Shown: positions 1-13,761 of the stretch, piece by piece
How positions within the stretch are numbered: position 1 is the first letter of the stretch
Layout: the number at the start of each line of letters is the position of its first letter
Assembly: GCA_964016885.1 (NCBI GenBank)
Contig: OZ024745.1
Coordinates: 68,324,001-68,388,000, forward strand
Direction: 5' to 3'
Source of the DNA: Eledone cirrhosa
Taxonomy: Eukaryota
DNA length: 64,000 nt
Position numbers and translations under genes: made by a program
Notes under the pieces: generated by a model
What the model saw: the letters and a program-made list of their open reading frames with translations, nothing else
What the model was told of the DNA's origin: nothing
Database searches by the model: none

Positions 1-188
1 CCTTTCTCCCTGTTGTCCGTCAGGTCAGATTCAAAAGAATTGTTTTGTGTCTTTATCGTTGAGAGAAAGTTCGACTTTAAAACAATACCCACGAATCTTT
101 GTGGCTAGTGTTAACTTAACGACTTAGAAAAACAGTATATATATATATATATATATACTGTTTTTCTAATATATATATATATATATAT

Positions 189-400
189 CAGTGAATTACT
201 GGCGGTGGTAACAATATGACCACACGATACACAGGCAAAGTGTATATAATAAGGAAAAAAAAACGACGAAGTTTTGTTTTATTGTGTATCGACCTGTTAC
301 GCGCGTTTCACAGATGATTGGCTCAAGAGGTTTCCCTTGGAAGTTATACACCCGACTCCGGCATCGATCTTCTCATCGGACTGGTGTCACACATACATAT
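189..400 (-). mobile_element. PLE-like terminal-repeat fragment with HHR
   Basis: HHR followed by AATAAA; the 3' end abuts (TA)n. Confidence 0.6.
284..392 (-). ncRNA. Type I hammerhead, CCGATGA core variant
   Basis: ACCAGT-CCGATGA-(63 nt)-GAAA-CGCGCG-TA^ACAGGT..AATAAA. Confidence 0.65.
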
Positions 401-422
401 ATGTATTTGTGTGTTTGTGTCT

Positions 423-555
423 GAATTAGCCATCGAAACGGCTTGAGCTCAGCCGTCGGGGTCTTACTGGTTCCTATTACCCACTCTACTACCCTAAGTA
501 TTGAGTACTTTGGTGCGTTATGGTCCACCTGGTTGCTTACCACATTTCCTTCGTT
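423..555 (+). mobile_element. Family A PLE-like fragment (3' half of HHR)
   Basis: GAAACGGCTTGAGCTCAGCCGTC^GGGGT..., ending CCTTCGTT into (TA)n; same sequence as the other family A copies. Confidence 0.8.
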
Positions 556-606
556 ATATATATATATATATATATATGAGAAAAACCACAGACCCTCCAT
601 CTCAAC

Positions 607-649
607 TCTACTTTTGAAAAGCAGAAGAACTGCGAAACCGGTAAAGGAA
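607..649 (+). ncRNA. Type I hammerhead, TTGAAAA (U3-A8) core, in family M fragment 578-720
   Basis: CTT-TTGAAAA-GCAG AAGAA CTGC-GAAA-CCGG-TA^AAG, then AATAAA at 653. Confidence 0.7.
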
Positions 650-720
650 CCAAATAAATATATATATTAAAAAAAAAAAATAAGACTCCAGTTGCATTTT
701 CGATTTCATCTTTTTTTCTT

Positions 721-752
<32 letters not shown>

Positions 753-753
<1 letters not shown>

Positions 754-946
754 ACGAAGGAAATGTGGTAAGGAACCAGGTGGACCATAACGCACCAAAG
801 TACTCAATACTTAGGGTAGTAGAGTGGGTAATAGGAACCAGTAAGACCCCGACGGCTGAGCTCAAGCCGTTTCGACGGCTACTTCTGGACTGGAATTAGC
901 CGTCGAAACGGCTTGAGCTCAGCCGTCGGGGTCTTACTTGTTCCTA
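753..946. mobile_element. Family A fold-back insertion
   Basis: Long minus-sense arm 753-891 and short plus-sense arm 892-946 ending GTTCCTA; (TA)n on both sides. Confidence 0.85.
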
Positions 947-1379
947 TATATATATATATGTATGTGTGTGTGCGCGTGCGCGCGCGCTCACATATGAATG
1001 CATGTAAGTGTTTGTGCACGTATGTATGCGTGTGTGAATATATGTACATATACATGTTTGAGTGTATATTTATCTGTATGTATTGAATAAAACTTCTCTA
1101 AAAAAATGCAAAAAAATATTTGAATAAAAAAACCCTCCATCTTTAAAGTGTACTTTAAAGCTATTTTAGGATTCACTTAAGTTTTCCTATTTTGTATTTT
1201 TCCAATAGTTTTTCTATGATATAACAGTGTAAATACATTGTTTTGGTTAGATTTCTTTCGGAAATATCGATTATATTGAAGGCAGCAAACTATCGTGTCA
1301 TAATGTCTAAGCATGTGTGTTAACAGAATGATATATTGTCCTAGATATATGTGTATCTGTTGTGTTGGCTGTTTTCTTT

Positions 1380-2170
1380 TTGTTCGCCTTAGCCCTAGTC
1401 CTGTAATACAAACAAGTTCATTTGTAATATTGCTTCGGAACTCGAAAAGGCTTAGATGACGCCATTAACATATGTCCACACCTCTAACAATAAAATCACT
1501 CAGCTCCTCATATTGTATTTGTTTGACTCGCTGTTTACCTAAAGCCAGGGGTTCAGTCGATTCAATAGTCCGGGAACCGAATGGTAAGTAGGGGCATGTT
1601 AATATATGAGCCCCCACCTCTTATAACAAAACCTCTCAGCTCTCTCTTGCTGTTCCCCTAAACCCAGAGCCTATGTGAGAGAGTGATTCAGTCGGTACAT
1701 TTTGCCGGGACATGAGAAGCTATGATGGTGCCAAAATTATCTGCCCTCACTTCTTTTACAATAAAATGTCACAGCCATCTTTATTATGTTTGATTTACTT
1801 ACAATTAATCTTAACCGAGGGTTTCAGCCGGGACCCATAAACAACTGATCCACCCATACTACAACATAACCTTTCTTTGTTGTTCACCTAAACACAGGGA
1901 TTATATTAGAGAATGGTTCAGTCGGTATATTGATCTGAGACACCAGAAAACTAAGAAGGAACTCATGAATACCTGCTTCTGTACATTTACAATAAAACTT
2001 CTCAGCTTCCTCCGTTTTTCTTTTACTTTGCTATTCACCTAATCAGAGGGGTTATATCAGAGAGAGGTTCAGAGGAACATTGCTTTGAGGCTCGGAGAAC
2101 AAAGGAAGGTGTTGTAAATATCTTGTAAATATCTGCCTATCCCATTAGAATAAAACCTCTTGCACACCTT
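1380..2170. repeat. Degenerate tandem repeat, ~110-150 bp units
   Basis: Recurring GTTCACCTAAA..GGTTCAGTCGG..ACAATAAAAC..CTCAGCT blocks, about 5-6 times. Confidence 0.65.
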
Positions 2171-2539
2171 ACATTTTAAAAAGCTTTCCCACAGCTTATG
2201 GGCCTGAAATTTGTTCTGCTTTGAAAAGTATCTCGATATTTGTACAGAATCTCAGCATTTTCCTGTTCAAATGTCACAGAGGTCAACTTTGCCTTACGAC
2301 GAAGTTCACGAAAATCTTTTCTGCCTTAACATGCTATGTAATTCTATGTACCGTTTATGATTTACTTCCTGAGTTAACTTCAAAATATTGAACTGAAATA
2401 AAATTGCAGAGTAAAAGCTCACAGAAAAAAGTTACTTTTTTGGCGAGAAAAAGTATTTTCACTATTTTTTTCTCTTCTCATAGTTTTATAGATGTGTTTC
2501 CACTGTTTTAAATTAAAGAAGAACTCAGCCTCATCAAGC

Positions 2540-2770
2540 CAGTGCTTATTCCAGTTTCATTAGCATTAAAAAATTGAGTACAACACTCCCCTTTGAGTGA
2601 GACGCTTGTCTATCGGTGGGTTAAGTCCCCACTTATTACTCATTTTCTACAAGAGGGAGTGGAACAACGTGAAACGAAGTATTTTGTTCAAGAACACGAT
2701 ATGCTCTCCGGTCCAAGAATCGAACCCACAATGTTATGAGCGTAAATCCAACACCTTTACTATTAACGCA
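2540..2770 (-). mobile_element. Degenerate tRNA-derived SINE (CORE-like body)
   Basis: Minus strand GGTTCGATTCTT B-box followed by GTGTTCTTGAACAA..CACTC..AAAATGAGTA. Confidence 0.5.
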
Positions 2771-3280
2771 CCTTTTAGTTTAGATGTGTTTTCATTTTTA
2801 TGACATTTAAATAATATGTTACTTTTTCATCTATCACTTTCTTCTGTGATTTTTTCCCGTGAATTTTATTAAATACAAATAGACTAATTATTTGTTAATT
2901 GTTAATATTGGGAATGTGATTTATCATATTATTTATTAATTACATCTGTATATATTTACTCTACATTTCGATTAGTTTCTAGATATATACATAGTAACAT
3001 TGAATTGGCAGGTAATGCTATTAATTGGGATATCTGGAACAATACTGCCCGAAACCAATCAAAATTATCAAAATTACACTCACACACACCCGCACACACA
3101 CATAGTCACACACTCACACACACCCGCACACACACACATATATATATTAATATCCATATATACATACATTTATATATATGTCACTGTGTATGTTATTAAT
3201 ATTTGCAAACCACTGGTAGTTCAAGCGTAAAGATAATACTCTCTCTCTCTCTCTATATATATATATACATATATATTATA

Positions 3281-3447
3281 AGAACAGATTAAAGTTTAAG
3301 CAAAGAATCGCTGCTTTCACCCTTAACGGGATCTTCTGATCAGAAGATAAATATTTATAATAAATATTTGCTCTACGGGTTTATATATATTATATATATA
3401 TAATCCTTATCCAGCCCTCTTCGGATTTTTGTCTTTATATTTATTAT

Positions 3448-3450
<3 letters not shown>
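3281..3450. mobile_element. Family B TA-embedded repeat (also 13310-13400, 13502-13590)
   Basis: AAGACTAAAATCCAAAGAGGGCT.GATAAGGAT block shared by three loci, all bordered by (TA)n. Confidence 0.6.
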
Positions 3451-3501
<51 letters not shown>

Positions 3502-3504
3502 ATA

Positions 3505-3544
<40 letters not shown>

Positions 3545-3557
3545 TAATATATATATA

Positions 3558-3616
<59 letters not shown>

Positions 3617-5232
3617 TAACCTAGTTGATTATAATGGAGTACTTTGCCATTATCTTTGGTCAGGTGAGAGAAACTTTATGCACAGTAAAATCTTCGCTTC
3701 ACCAGTTCTTTAAAACATACGTATAAGTTCTTGTTGAGGACAGTTTAGGTAGCAGAACATTAATATTTAATATGACAAAAGTCCAAGATTAACAACTTAA
3801 ATTAGTTCTTTTATTTCTACGTCCGTTTCAATACGGTTGCAATGTTTATTATTCAGCAATCTGAAATTCACCCTAAAATAGTTATATTTTATATATATAT
3901 ATATATACCAGTGTATAATTTCACTAACGTGAACATATACACTGAAGTAGGGATAGACATGTTTAATGTAGTCAGTCATATTCATTTGATGATTAGAGGA
4001 GTTAGGACTGAAAGAATATAATTCAATATTTATTGTTGTAACTGTAAGTTAGACACTATAATTTCATATATAAGACGGGGAAAATATATTTTATCACATG
4101 AAAATTCAAATACTTTTTCTCTTTTCACAAATCTAATTTGTTTACCTGTCTGTTCTGTGTATGTCTGGAAGACAAATACAGATATTTGTCAGACGCAATA
4201 AATAAGGAAATACAGTATCGATGAAAGACTGGCAGAGGCCTTGACTTATCAGAACATTTAAATATATCTCCTAAGGGAAATATGATCGAGAAGAAATAGA
4301 CGGAATTCTATGGCTTTAAGCTGCCATTTTCTGTACAGACAAGATTGGTAGAAACAATAGAAGCAACGTCAATGCTAAGAAAATATTTATCTTCAGATAA
4401 GAAAAACACGATTTACATCTATTCTCGCCAAACTCCTACGAGGAAAAAATAAACAAACCACAATGTAGTCAACACCTGGAAAAATCCACCTGCCTGTTTA
4501 GGATAGCAAGATAAATTATAAACCATTTCACGGCCACTTGATTTGGTAAGGTAACATGCATTAACTGTTTTAGGGTGAATTTTAGATTGTTGTATAATAA
4601 ACAATATAATAAATTATCGGTAAAAATGATATATTAATTTCGCAGTATTGTCCTTATGAAAAATAAAGAAAGCTATGGTAGCCGTTCTGTTTAGTGTTTA
4701 ATGATGTCCGATATTTTCATCAGATACTCGTATGTAAGACTGCTTTGTAGTTGATAAGAAAGAATATTAATATACGTCTAGGGTGCGATTACAGACAATG
4801 TGGGATTTCTCTGTGAAACAGAGATCGCAAAACTTGAATCCATTTCAAACTGTTGTGCTCTGCCATGAAATGTTTGTTCATATTCTTACATTTAATGTTT
4901 AAAATGTGCGTGAATAGAGCTGCGTTTCTTTTTCAAGTGATAATAGAAGAAAGATTTTGTTTTGGTGTAGACACTTTTTTTAATGTGATTTCTGTTAGCC
5001 TTATCGAACAGGTTGAAGTGTAGTTGGAAGGATTATTATGTGTCTCCGCTCCGCAGAGGTTTTCATTCTCTCTGGATAATAACTGCTAGTGTATGAGAAA
5101 ATAATCCAGTTAATCAATATATGTATATATATATATAATAGTAAAACACTGTTGGGTTATATCCATAATAGTAGAGCACCCAGTCTATGGGACGAGTTTG
5201 GTAGTAGTTCCACGACAGTTAATTCACCATTT

Positions 5233-5272
5233 CCGAGAACAATTGTTTCACCTTAGTCAGATCATCAGCTCG
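5233..5272 (-). ncRNA. Minimal type I hammerhead (family J) in fold-back 5140-5301
   Basis: CGAG-CTGATGA-TCTGACTAAGGT-GAAA-CAATTG-TT^CTCG. Arm 5200-5231 is inverted at 5273-5301. Confidence 0.7.
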
Positions 5273-5300
5273 AATGGTGAATTAACTGTTGTGGAACTAC

Positions 5301-5408
<108 letters not shown>

Positions 5409-5440
5409 ACACACATATATATGTATATATATATATATAT

Positions 5441-5880
5441 ATGAATAAAATTAGTCCTTCATCAGTGATCTTCCAACCTTCATTGGTATTTCATGGCTTT
5501 AAAAATCATATACCTCTGGTTGGTGCGAGCAATAACTAAATAAAGTAATTGGGACAAGTAAAATAGCGTGAAGCGAGCGATGCATGTAAACAAACAAAGA
5601 TGGTATTGCAACGGAAAGATAGGAAGAGACAAGTACATGATATCTATAAGCTTAAGCTTGGTGAATTCATGGACGAGAGATACAGACCATCCGACATGGG
5701 TGAGATGTGAGCGAGAAAAGGATTTCACACAGCAGGTCAAACGCGAGGAAGTGAGAGAGGGGGAGAAGCAGAGAGTGAGTGAGTAGAAGTTGGTACAGGT
5801 TTGTGGAGGATTACTGCAGTACAGCAGTCCAAAAAATTCAATACTTTGAAGTCCCTGCGTAAACCGAGGATTCTTGTATC
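5441..5880. mobile_element. Family K TA-embedded repeat (also 44860-45343, 49457-49672)
   Basis: Three alignable copies (TCATCAGTGAT..CCAACC..TCATTGGTATTTCAT..GGTTGGTGCGAGCAATAACTAAA), each bounded by (TA)n. Confidence 0.75.
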
Positions 5881-5927
<47 letters not shown>

Positions 5928-6680
5928 CCAAAGATTAAAATGGTTCATTGATTACTCAATGAATATAGTTTTACAATAGATTAAAAGCACTCTATAGGTA
6001 AAATTCTGGAGTTATTAATGTTAATAATTCAGGTAATTATTCTTAACATAATATAAAATATATATACTGATGGTGATATATGCATGGGTTTTAATAAATA
6101 TCCTTATACATATTTAATAGGTATTTAAACATGCTTTAAAGATAAAAATGTTTTTGAATATTGTAACAAAATATTTAGTAAATATATTACTTAATTAAAC
6201 TATGGTTCTGATTGCTATAGAAAATATTTTTATATTGTTTAATTTTGATATTAGTATAATTAGCTTAAACATAACCAAATACAAAAGATATTAAAAAATT
6301 TATGGTATTTAATTGATCGCCTCTATTGAATTAATATTTGAAAGCAACGGTCACACATCATTTCTCTTTCTTTCTTTTTTGCCGTTATTTCTTTCTTCTT
6401 CTCTCTTTTATCTCTCTCTTCCTTTTTCTTCCCTAATACGTCTATTTACGCATTTAAATATTTATGTATGTATGTATGTATTTATTTATTTTCTTCTTGC
6501 ATTTCCTCATACTCACCCCCTCCTTATACCCATATCTCGCTCCACATCCTCTTCTTCATTAAATTTAAGTTTATCATGTTATTATTTGTGGTATATAAAT
6601 GTTGAGATTTGTTGTAATAAATCACTGCTAATACTGGAATTGAACCATCAAGACCGTTGAGGTATGTCATACATCAATTC

Positions 6681-6749
6681 ATGTATTTTATCTGATGAGG
6701 ACGTAGTGAAAAACAGCACAGTACCTTCGAAATATATATAATAAAACAT
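6681..6749 (+). ncRNA. Type I hammerhead (family D)
   Basis: TATTTTAT-CTGATGA-GGACGTA..TACCTTC-GAAA-TATATA-TA^ATAAAACA, within the TA-bounded segment 5927-6910. Confidence 0.75.
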
Positions 6750-7135
6750 ATTTTGATTATGTGAACGTCTTCATTTATTAATATTTTGAATAATATATAT
6801 ATTGATTATATATGTTCTGGCTCGTTAATTTATTAACTAGCCATTGAACCACATTGGCATATGGTTGGACAATACATGTGTCCCTGCACGCTTTTTGCGT
6901 GTAGGGATATATATTTTATTATTATTAATCTCCTCTTGGTCGAGATAAAATTTGGTCGTTTTGACTGCTGCTATTTATAGTGGTAGTAGACTGACCTCTC
7001 TGCCTCTGCTTCTATCTTTACACACGGCACTGGACAGAATTGCTTCCACATCATTCATTCTCATCTCGGGAACAATTTTGAATAGCGCCAGTTCGTAATT
7101 TGAACTCGGGAATTTATATTCTCCGAGTGAAAAGA

Positions 7136-7221
7136 ACCTTCTGACTGAGTTTATCTTTAAAATGGAAGGCCGCAAGGACTGTCCATTTATTTTTGAGACT
7201 CGAAACCGATTTGGTAAAGGT
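7136..7221 (+). ncRNA. Hammerhead-like motif with altered core
   Basis: ACCTT-CTGACTGA-(~53 nt)-GAAA-CCGATTTGG-TA^AAGGT. Stems I and III pair, but the core has one extra base. Confidence 0.55.
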
Positions 7222-7305
7222 AACCATAGTGAGTACAGTGAATTTTTTGAAATTTATTTTGAAACTTTTTCTTATTTGCTAAACCTTGATTATATATATA
7301 TATAT

Positions 7306-7412
7306 AACAAAGGAATTGTGGTAATGAACCAAATGGACCATAACGCACCAATTTAGTCCAGAAATAGCCGTCGATACGGCTTGAGCTCTGCCGTCAGGGT
7401 CATACTTTTTCC
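7306..7412. mobile_element. Family A variant fragments in opposite orientations
   Basis: Minus-sense tail 7306-7351 joined to plus-sense AGTCCAGAAATAGCCGTCGATACGGC... Confidence 0.7.
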
Positions 7413-8925
7413 CATATATATATATATATGTATATATATGCATTTCTTGGCTTATAACTCTCCATAAAAGTAGACTTTACATCACCATGCCAATCGACTT
7501 TACTCTCATCAAGCTGAGCCTTGCGTATGTCTTCTTTACACTGAGGCATAAACTGGGTCGACAGACAATAATCACAACGGGCTTTCGATGACAATAGAAA
7601 ATCTTTTCTATTTCAGTTTTATCTTTTATTTATTTTTTTTTTTCAAATATAGCTTTTCAATGTCAACAAAGTAAGATATATATTAGTCTCAGCAGGATAT
7701 AGAAACGATATTTTATGTAAGTCCGAGGGCTATAAAATCAAAGTTCAGTTCATGATCCAGGTAATTCCTTTCAAGTAACTATTCTACATGTGGTTCCTTC
7801 TCGTAATGATTGCCTCCACCAGGCAGGCTAGAAAATTTTGTTGAGGCATCTGTGGCCTATCTTAAAAAGAAATGTTACGATAAACAAATGCTATGTTGTG
7901 TATTTGAAAGACAGTGACCACACATAGTGGTACTATTTTTTCCAAATAGAATGTCGTGAATTTGTGAGACTAGCTTCACAAACTGATAGAATTTCTTTCA
8001 AATGGAATGTTACATATTTGAGATACTGTAGCCTCATACAGAAATACCATTCCCTTCAAAACGAAATTTATCAAATTCGAAAATATGCCGCACGCACTGA
8101 GGTCGATTTAATTCACTTCCCCTCCCCAAAATTGCTGGTCTTGTGCCTAAATCAGAAACCATGATTAATTTAATATATTATTCCAACATTTTTATGTTAT
8201 TAATCAAATATAATGTTAATGAGTCTAGTAATATACAAAAGTGTGAGCTAGAAAAAAAAGGGTAGATTTTTCGGCGATGTACTTGTTCGGAAAACTACTT
8301 GATCTGAGACCGTGTCTTGAAACAAATATAATAAATTACTAGCCCACTGCTGGTGCAGCTGTCTTCCTTTCCATCGGTAAGATCCTTGATTGATCAAGGG
8401 AGGAAGGGTTTAAAGAGTGTCTGTCTGTTCGTAATGGAAGAGCGCTTAAAACTCCTAGCAATTGCCTACTACCAAGACATATTTGATTATAAATGACAGA
8501 CGTAGTTTTAGTTATATAGGAAACAGTTAAAGCCAGCGCCAAGGTATTTAGCATCCTAGGTTAGCTCTACAATGCATGACCTCTTCTCCAAGTTATGCAG
8601 CCCATTCTCCCAAATAAAATAATTTCAACTTCAAATTTGGTATACTAACGAAGTTAGTGTTTGACACACCTATTACTCAGACCACACCAAGAAAATTACT
8701 AACTTACTACTTTTTACCACACAGTCCACACTCTCCTGTGCAAAGTTATGTGACAGGTTTTAACGCCATAACGGCTCTCGCCAAAGGCTTCGATATTTCC
8801 ACAACTTTGTGGCAAAAATGTTTAGCCATTTATTTATTGGTCACAGAAAATTATTATCATTTAATTTAATTATATACGTTTGTATAAAACCGATATGCAT
8901 TAAATTTCAGTAATGTGCATTTATG

Positions 8926-9085
8926 GGCGGCGAATTAGCAGAGTCGGTAGATCGTCGAATAGAATGCTTTATGGTATACGTTCCGTCTTTCAGCTCTCTG
9001 AGTTCAAATCCTGCTAAGATTAACCTTGCCTTTCATCCTTTTATGGTCGATAAAAAAAGTACCAGTTTAATACTAGGGTCGATTC
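8926..9085 (+). mobile_element. tRNA-derived SINE-1 (Meta-like central domain), degenerate
   Basis: A-box TAGCAGAGTCGG, B-box GAGTTCAAATCC, then TTGCCTTTCATCCT..GGTCGATAAAA.AGTACCAG. Confidence 0.7.
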
Positions 9086-9105
9086 TTCCTCTATATCTCT
9101 TTCTC

Positions 9106-9137
<32 letters not shown>

Positions 9138-9718
9138 ACTTTCTATCTTTCTCTGGAAGAAATCTACTGTACTCAAACCTGGAGAGGGATGGGCCCCACC
9201 AGGCTTAAAATGCTCCAGGAACACCCCTACGACTCTATCGGGACCATATATACATACAATGTGCATCTATGAATATTGCGTCCTATGGAGCTGCCTAGTT
9301 GGCCTTAAAGTTAGCGTCGATGCCGAGATCATTATTCTACTAAACATATGACTGTTCTCGTTTTATTTTTCTTATTAACGGTTTGTTTATGTTTTCTCCT
9401 GTGATCTTTATGGTTTGTTTAGAACAGCAAAGTTCTTAGATCCTCAAAATAAGGAAATATGAAGTAAAGATAACTAAATATAAAGATATCACTGGATATA
9501 AGGTAGCCGTGTTTTGATTGTTGAATATCTAAGTATCTAAATATATCTAAATATATCTATCTACTTACACATATTCACATAGAAAGGGAGATAGTGATTG
9601 TATGAGTGAGATACATATAGATAGATAGATATATAGATAGATAGATAGATAGATAGATAAATGTGTGTTAGAGGGACCGAGAGAGTGATGAACAGAAAAG
9701 ATATATGATGAACAGATC

Positions 9719-9820
<102 letters not shown>

Positions 9821-9821
9821 C

Positions 9822-9890
<69 letters not shown>

Positions 9891-9901
9891 CATATACATA
9901 T

Positions 9902-10027
<126 letters not shown>

Positions 10028-10032
10028 ATAAA

Positions 10033-10570
10033 CGGAAAAAATGAAACGAAATTTCACTTCCCACTGTTAGTACGGCTGTTACTTAAATATAAGTATGTAT
10101 ACGTACATACATATATGTATACAGACGTACAGTAGTATGTATATATATATACATACATGCACACATATATATATGTACGTATGGATTCACCGAACATTTA
10201 TTATAATGCTCGGTGTGTTTGTAAACAAACATCCCGAATTAAGCCGTACAGTGTCTAGCAACCATCGTTGCTCGTTTGTTCAACACTGACAAAGGAACGC
10301 TGTACATCTGGCAGGAAGGTATACGTTGCTGACGATAGCTAATAAGCTAGAAACTTGTACAGCGTTCCTTTGTCAGTGTTGAACAAATGAGCAACGATGG
10401 TTGCTAGACACTGTACGGCTTAATTCGGGATGTTAGTTTACAAACACACCGAGCATTATAATAAATGTTCGCTGAATCCATACGTACATATATATGTGTG
10501 CATGTATGTATATATATATACATACTACTGTACGTCTGTATACATTTATGTATGTACGTATACATACTTA
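10033..10570. mobile_element. Family N fold-back insertion
   Basis: 10085-10306 is inverted at 10356-10570. The sequence matches 58589-58908. (TA)n flanks. Confidence 0.88.
10310..10374 (+). ncRNA. Type I hammerhead (family N)
   Basis: ACGTTG-CTGACGA(10329)-TAGCT AATA AGCTA-GAAA-CTTG-TA^CAGCGT; predicted cleavage after 10359. Confidence 0.85.
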
Positions 10571-10587
10571 TATATATATATACACAC

Positions 10588-10622
<35 letters not shown>

Positions 10623-11005
10623 ATGTATGTATGCGTATGTGTGTCTCTCTCTATATGTAAAGAGAGAGCGAAAGAAAACTGAAAAGGAGAGAGAGAGAGG
10701 AGTAATATTAATTGACAGCGTTTTTCCTATTAGCTGAAAAATATTGATAATACACTTCCTGTGTAGTATCAGTAAGGAGAGGGTAGAGATAGAGAGGAGG
10801 GAGAGAGAAGGTGTGAGTGAGATGGGGCAGGGAAGGGGGATTAGAAAACCAGCCAAAGAAACAAATGATTAGATTTGCTATAGATGAAATGTAGTATGAC
10901 TTGCGGTGCAGTCTGAGAATATAAGTCGCGTGTCTAGCCTGATAATAAAAATAACAGCCGACACTATATTTAACCATAGACTAGATAGAAACATATGTCA
11001 AGACT

Positions 11006-11058
<53 letters not shown>

Positions 11059-11072
11059 ATGCACGCACACAT

Positions 11073-11187
<115 letters not shown>

Positions 11188-11250
11188 TGAACCTAATATA
11201 ACTACAATTGCCTCCCGTGTTTTGTTCGTTCATTTTCATCTCTCTCTCGC

Positions 11251-11328
<78 letters not shown>

Positions 11329-11329
<1 letters not shown>

Positions 11330-11489
11330 AAGTTATTCCGGGTTGAGTCGGAGATAACCACAGTAAGTAAGGTACTCAATACATAGTAGAGTATAACAGT
11401 TTTAATATAGAAGAGCTTCTACAGGACTAGAACTGTTTCATTCGTGATGATTTCTCACGAATGAAACAGTTCTAGTCCTGTAGAAGCTC

Positions 11490-11495
<6 letters not shown>
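11329..11495. mobile_element. Family E fold-back insertion
   Basis: 11406-11447 is inverted at 11455-11496. The turn lies inside the HHR core (TGATGA..GAAACAG..CTGTA). Homologous to 18323-19050. Confidence 0.8.
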
Positions 11496-11539
<44 letters not shown>

Positions 11540-11541
11540 TG

Positions 11542-11626
<85 letters not shown>

Positions 11627-11880
11627 ATATTTATATATATATTCTTTGCAGTTCCAGCTCCTTAGTTTGTAGAAAATGATATGTCTTATGTGCACTGGAG
11701 TTAGTGATATTGAATTAAAGTACCAAAAGCACGAGGACCTCCAGTGGTCGACTAATGAGAAGGGGCTGTCCTGTGTCTCATCTGTTTTTCCGCTATTTTC
11801 TTCCACCTATTTGATTCATTTTGTGTGATCTTAGCCATGCGGAACACTTTTGCAAATTGATATATATATATATATGTGTA

Positions 11881-11964
<84 letters not shown>

Positions 11965-12379
11965 CATATCACACACCAGCCGACAGAAGACATTAAACGG
12001 ATGCTTCGAGCAAACATTCGTTCTAGTTTCAAAGTGATATTTGTTTTGGCACGAATTCTATGTTTGTTCTATTATAAACTAACCCTTTCTTCCCCTTGTA
12101 ACGGTCTGACATTCCCAACGTTTAGTGCCAAAAGGAAAGCATTTATCCGTATTTAAATGTGCTTCCCTGAGAGATCAGACATTTTGTCTAGGTGAGGCGC
12201 ACCATTGACAAATTTGTTGCGATATTTGCTCCAGATTACTACACCCTGTGTTCGGATCTTCGTTGAGATCCTTTTTGATTTCACGCTTTCGGGGTGGAGA
12301 GGGTGATAAAGAAAGTAACAACTAAATGATAAGCGAATGTCAGACACAGCCGTAGTTTTATATGTATGTTTGTATGTAC

Positions 12380-12870
12380 AACCTGGCGCATGGTCGGGTC
12401 GTCGGTGACTAAACCGGCAACCCCACCAAGTTTATTAGGTGTGGAGGTTGATTTTGGACCTGCAGGACAAAAACCAAAACCTGTCAAAGGGCGGAAGAAC
12501 TCATGAGTCAACGGCCATCCAAAAATAGAAATAATTGGGCTGGATACCCGATCGCGTGGTTAAACCACTAGGAAGGAAGGACCCCCTAGCTTTTGTCAGG
12601 GCATTCATCTAGGAGAAGGCAACTCATGAAACTAGGATAACTCCGACATAAAACCTGCGTCTCGGTAGTTACCGATGATGTTGATCTTTTCTTCTTTTCG
12701 GGTTATAGCTACTATCGCTGAGAGAGTGGGATTGGCTCAGTGCACAGTCTTTTCTCACTTTAAAAAAAATCTTCGTGTACAGGCATTGCACTATAGAATT
12801 AATTAATAATTATTAATAATGTTATATCGTGCAATGGCCATACTCGATAACGAGGGGGCAGCCATCATGT
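12380..12870 (+). mobile_element. Internally deleted RTE-type non-autonomous element
   Basis: RTE-like 5'UTR (CTAGGAGAAGGCAACTC..ATAAAACCTGC) joined to 3' end GGCCATACTCG..GCAGCCATCAT; homologous to 30840-31450. Confidence 0.65.
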
Positions 12871-12899
12871 ATGTATATATATATATATATATATATTTA

Positions 12900-13222
12900 T
12901 GGTGAAAGAGAAAGTGGTGATGCCCAACCTCAGCAGGCAAAGATCACCCAAGCATATATCTGTATGGCCAGAGATTGAATGTCGTGAATAAGTTTGTGTA
13001 TCTAGGCAGTTTTATAAATATATTAAATAGTCTGGATGATGAAATCTCCCTCCAAATAAAGAAGGCATTTGGAAAACTGGATGGGCGTCTTTGGCCTCAG
13101 CATGGTATTTCCATTGAGACGATGTCAAAAATCTGTAATGCATGTGTTCTGTGTTTTTTCTGTATGCATGTGGGACTTGGGTCACTTTCCGGAGACATCT
13201 CAAAAGGTTGGAGCATTTTCAC

Positions 13223-13225
<3 letters not shown>
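12900..13225 (+). pseudogene. RTE-clade LINE RT fragment
   Basis: VNKFVYLGS..LDDEISLQIKKAFGKL..LW..ISIET..LYACGTW..LKRLEHFH. Confidence 0.8.
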
Positions 13226-13312
<87 letters not shown>

Positions 13313-13442
13313 ATAATAATAAATTTGAAGACTAAAATCCAAAGAGGGCTTGATAAGGATAAATATATATCAGATATATAAGAACCGTAGAGCTAATATA
13401 TATATATAGTATATATATATTTATACTATATTTATATATATA

Positions 13443-13503
<61 letters not shown>

Positions 13504-13761
13504 TAATAATAATAAATTAGAAGACTAAAATACAAAGAGGGCTCGATAAGGATAAATATATATGCCCATAAGGATAAATATATATGCCCAGCCGTAGTTG
13601 GCACTATCAACGCACGACTGGGTTTCTTCCACCTCCTCTCCTTCTTTCTTCTACTGGCAGGTTCAGCTACCCCTTCCCTCCACAAATTGCCATGATAGAA
13701 TTATTATGTCTCAACAACAAACTTTTGACCAATCCTTGTGACAATCACTTTTACCATATAT

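Noticed and set aside
3300-3345. Possible HHR in family B (minus strand CAGAAGA-TCCC GTTAA GGGT-GAAAGCAGC)
   Set aside because: The core is mutated and no convincing stem III, UH site or stem I was found.
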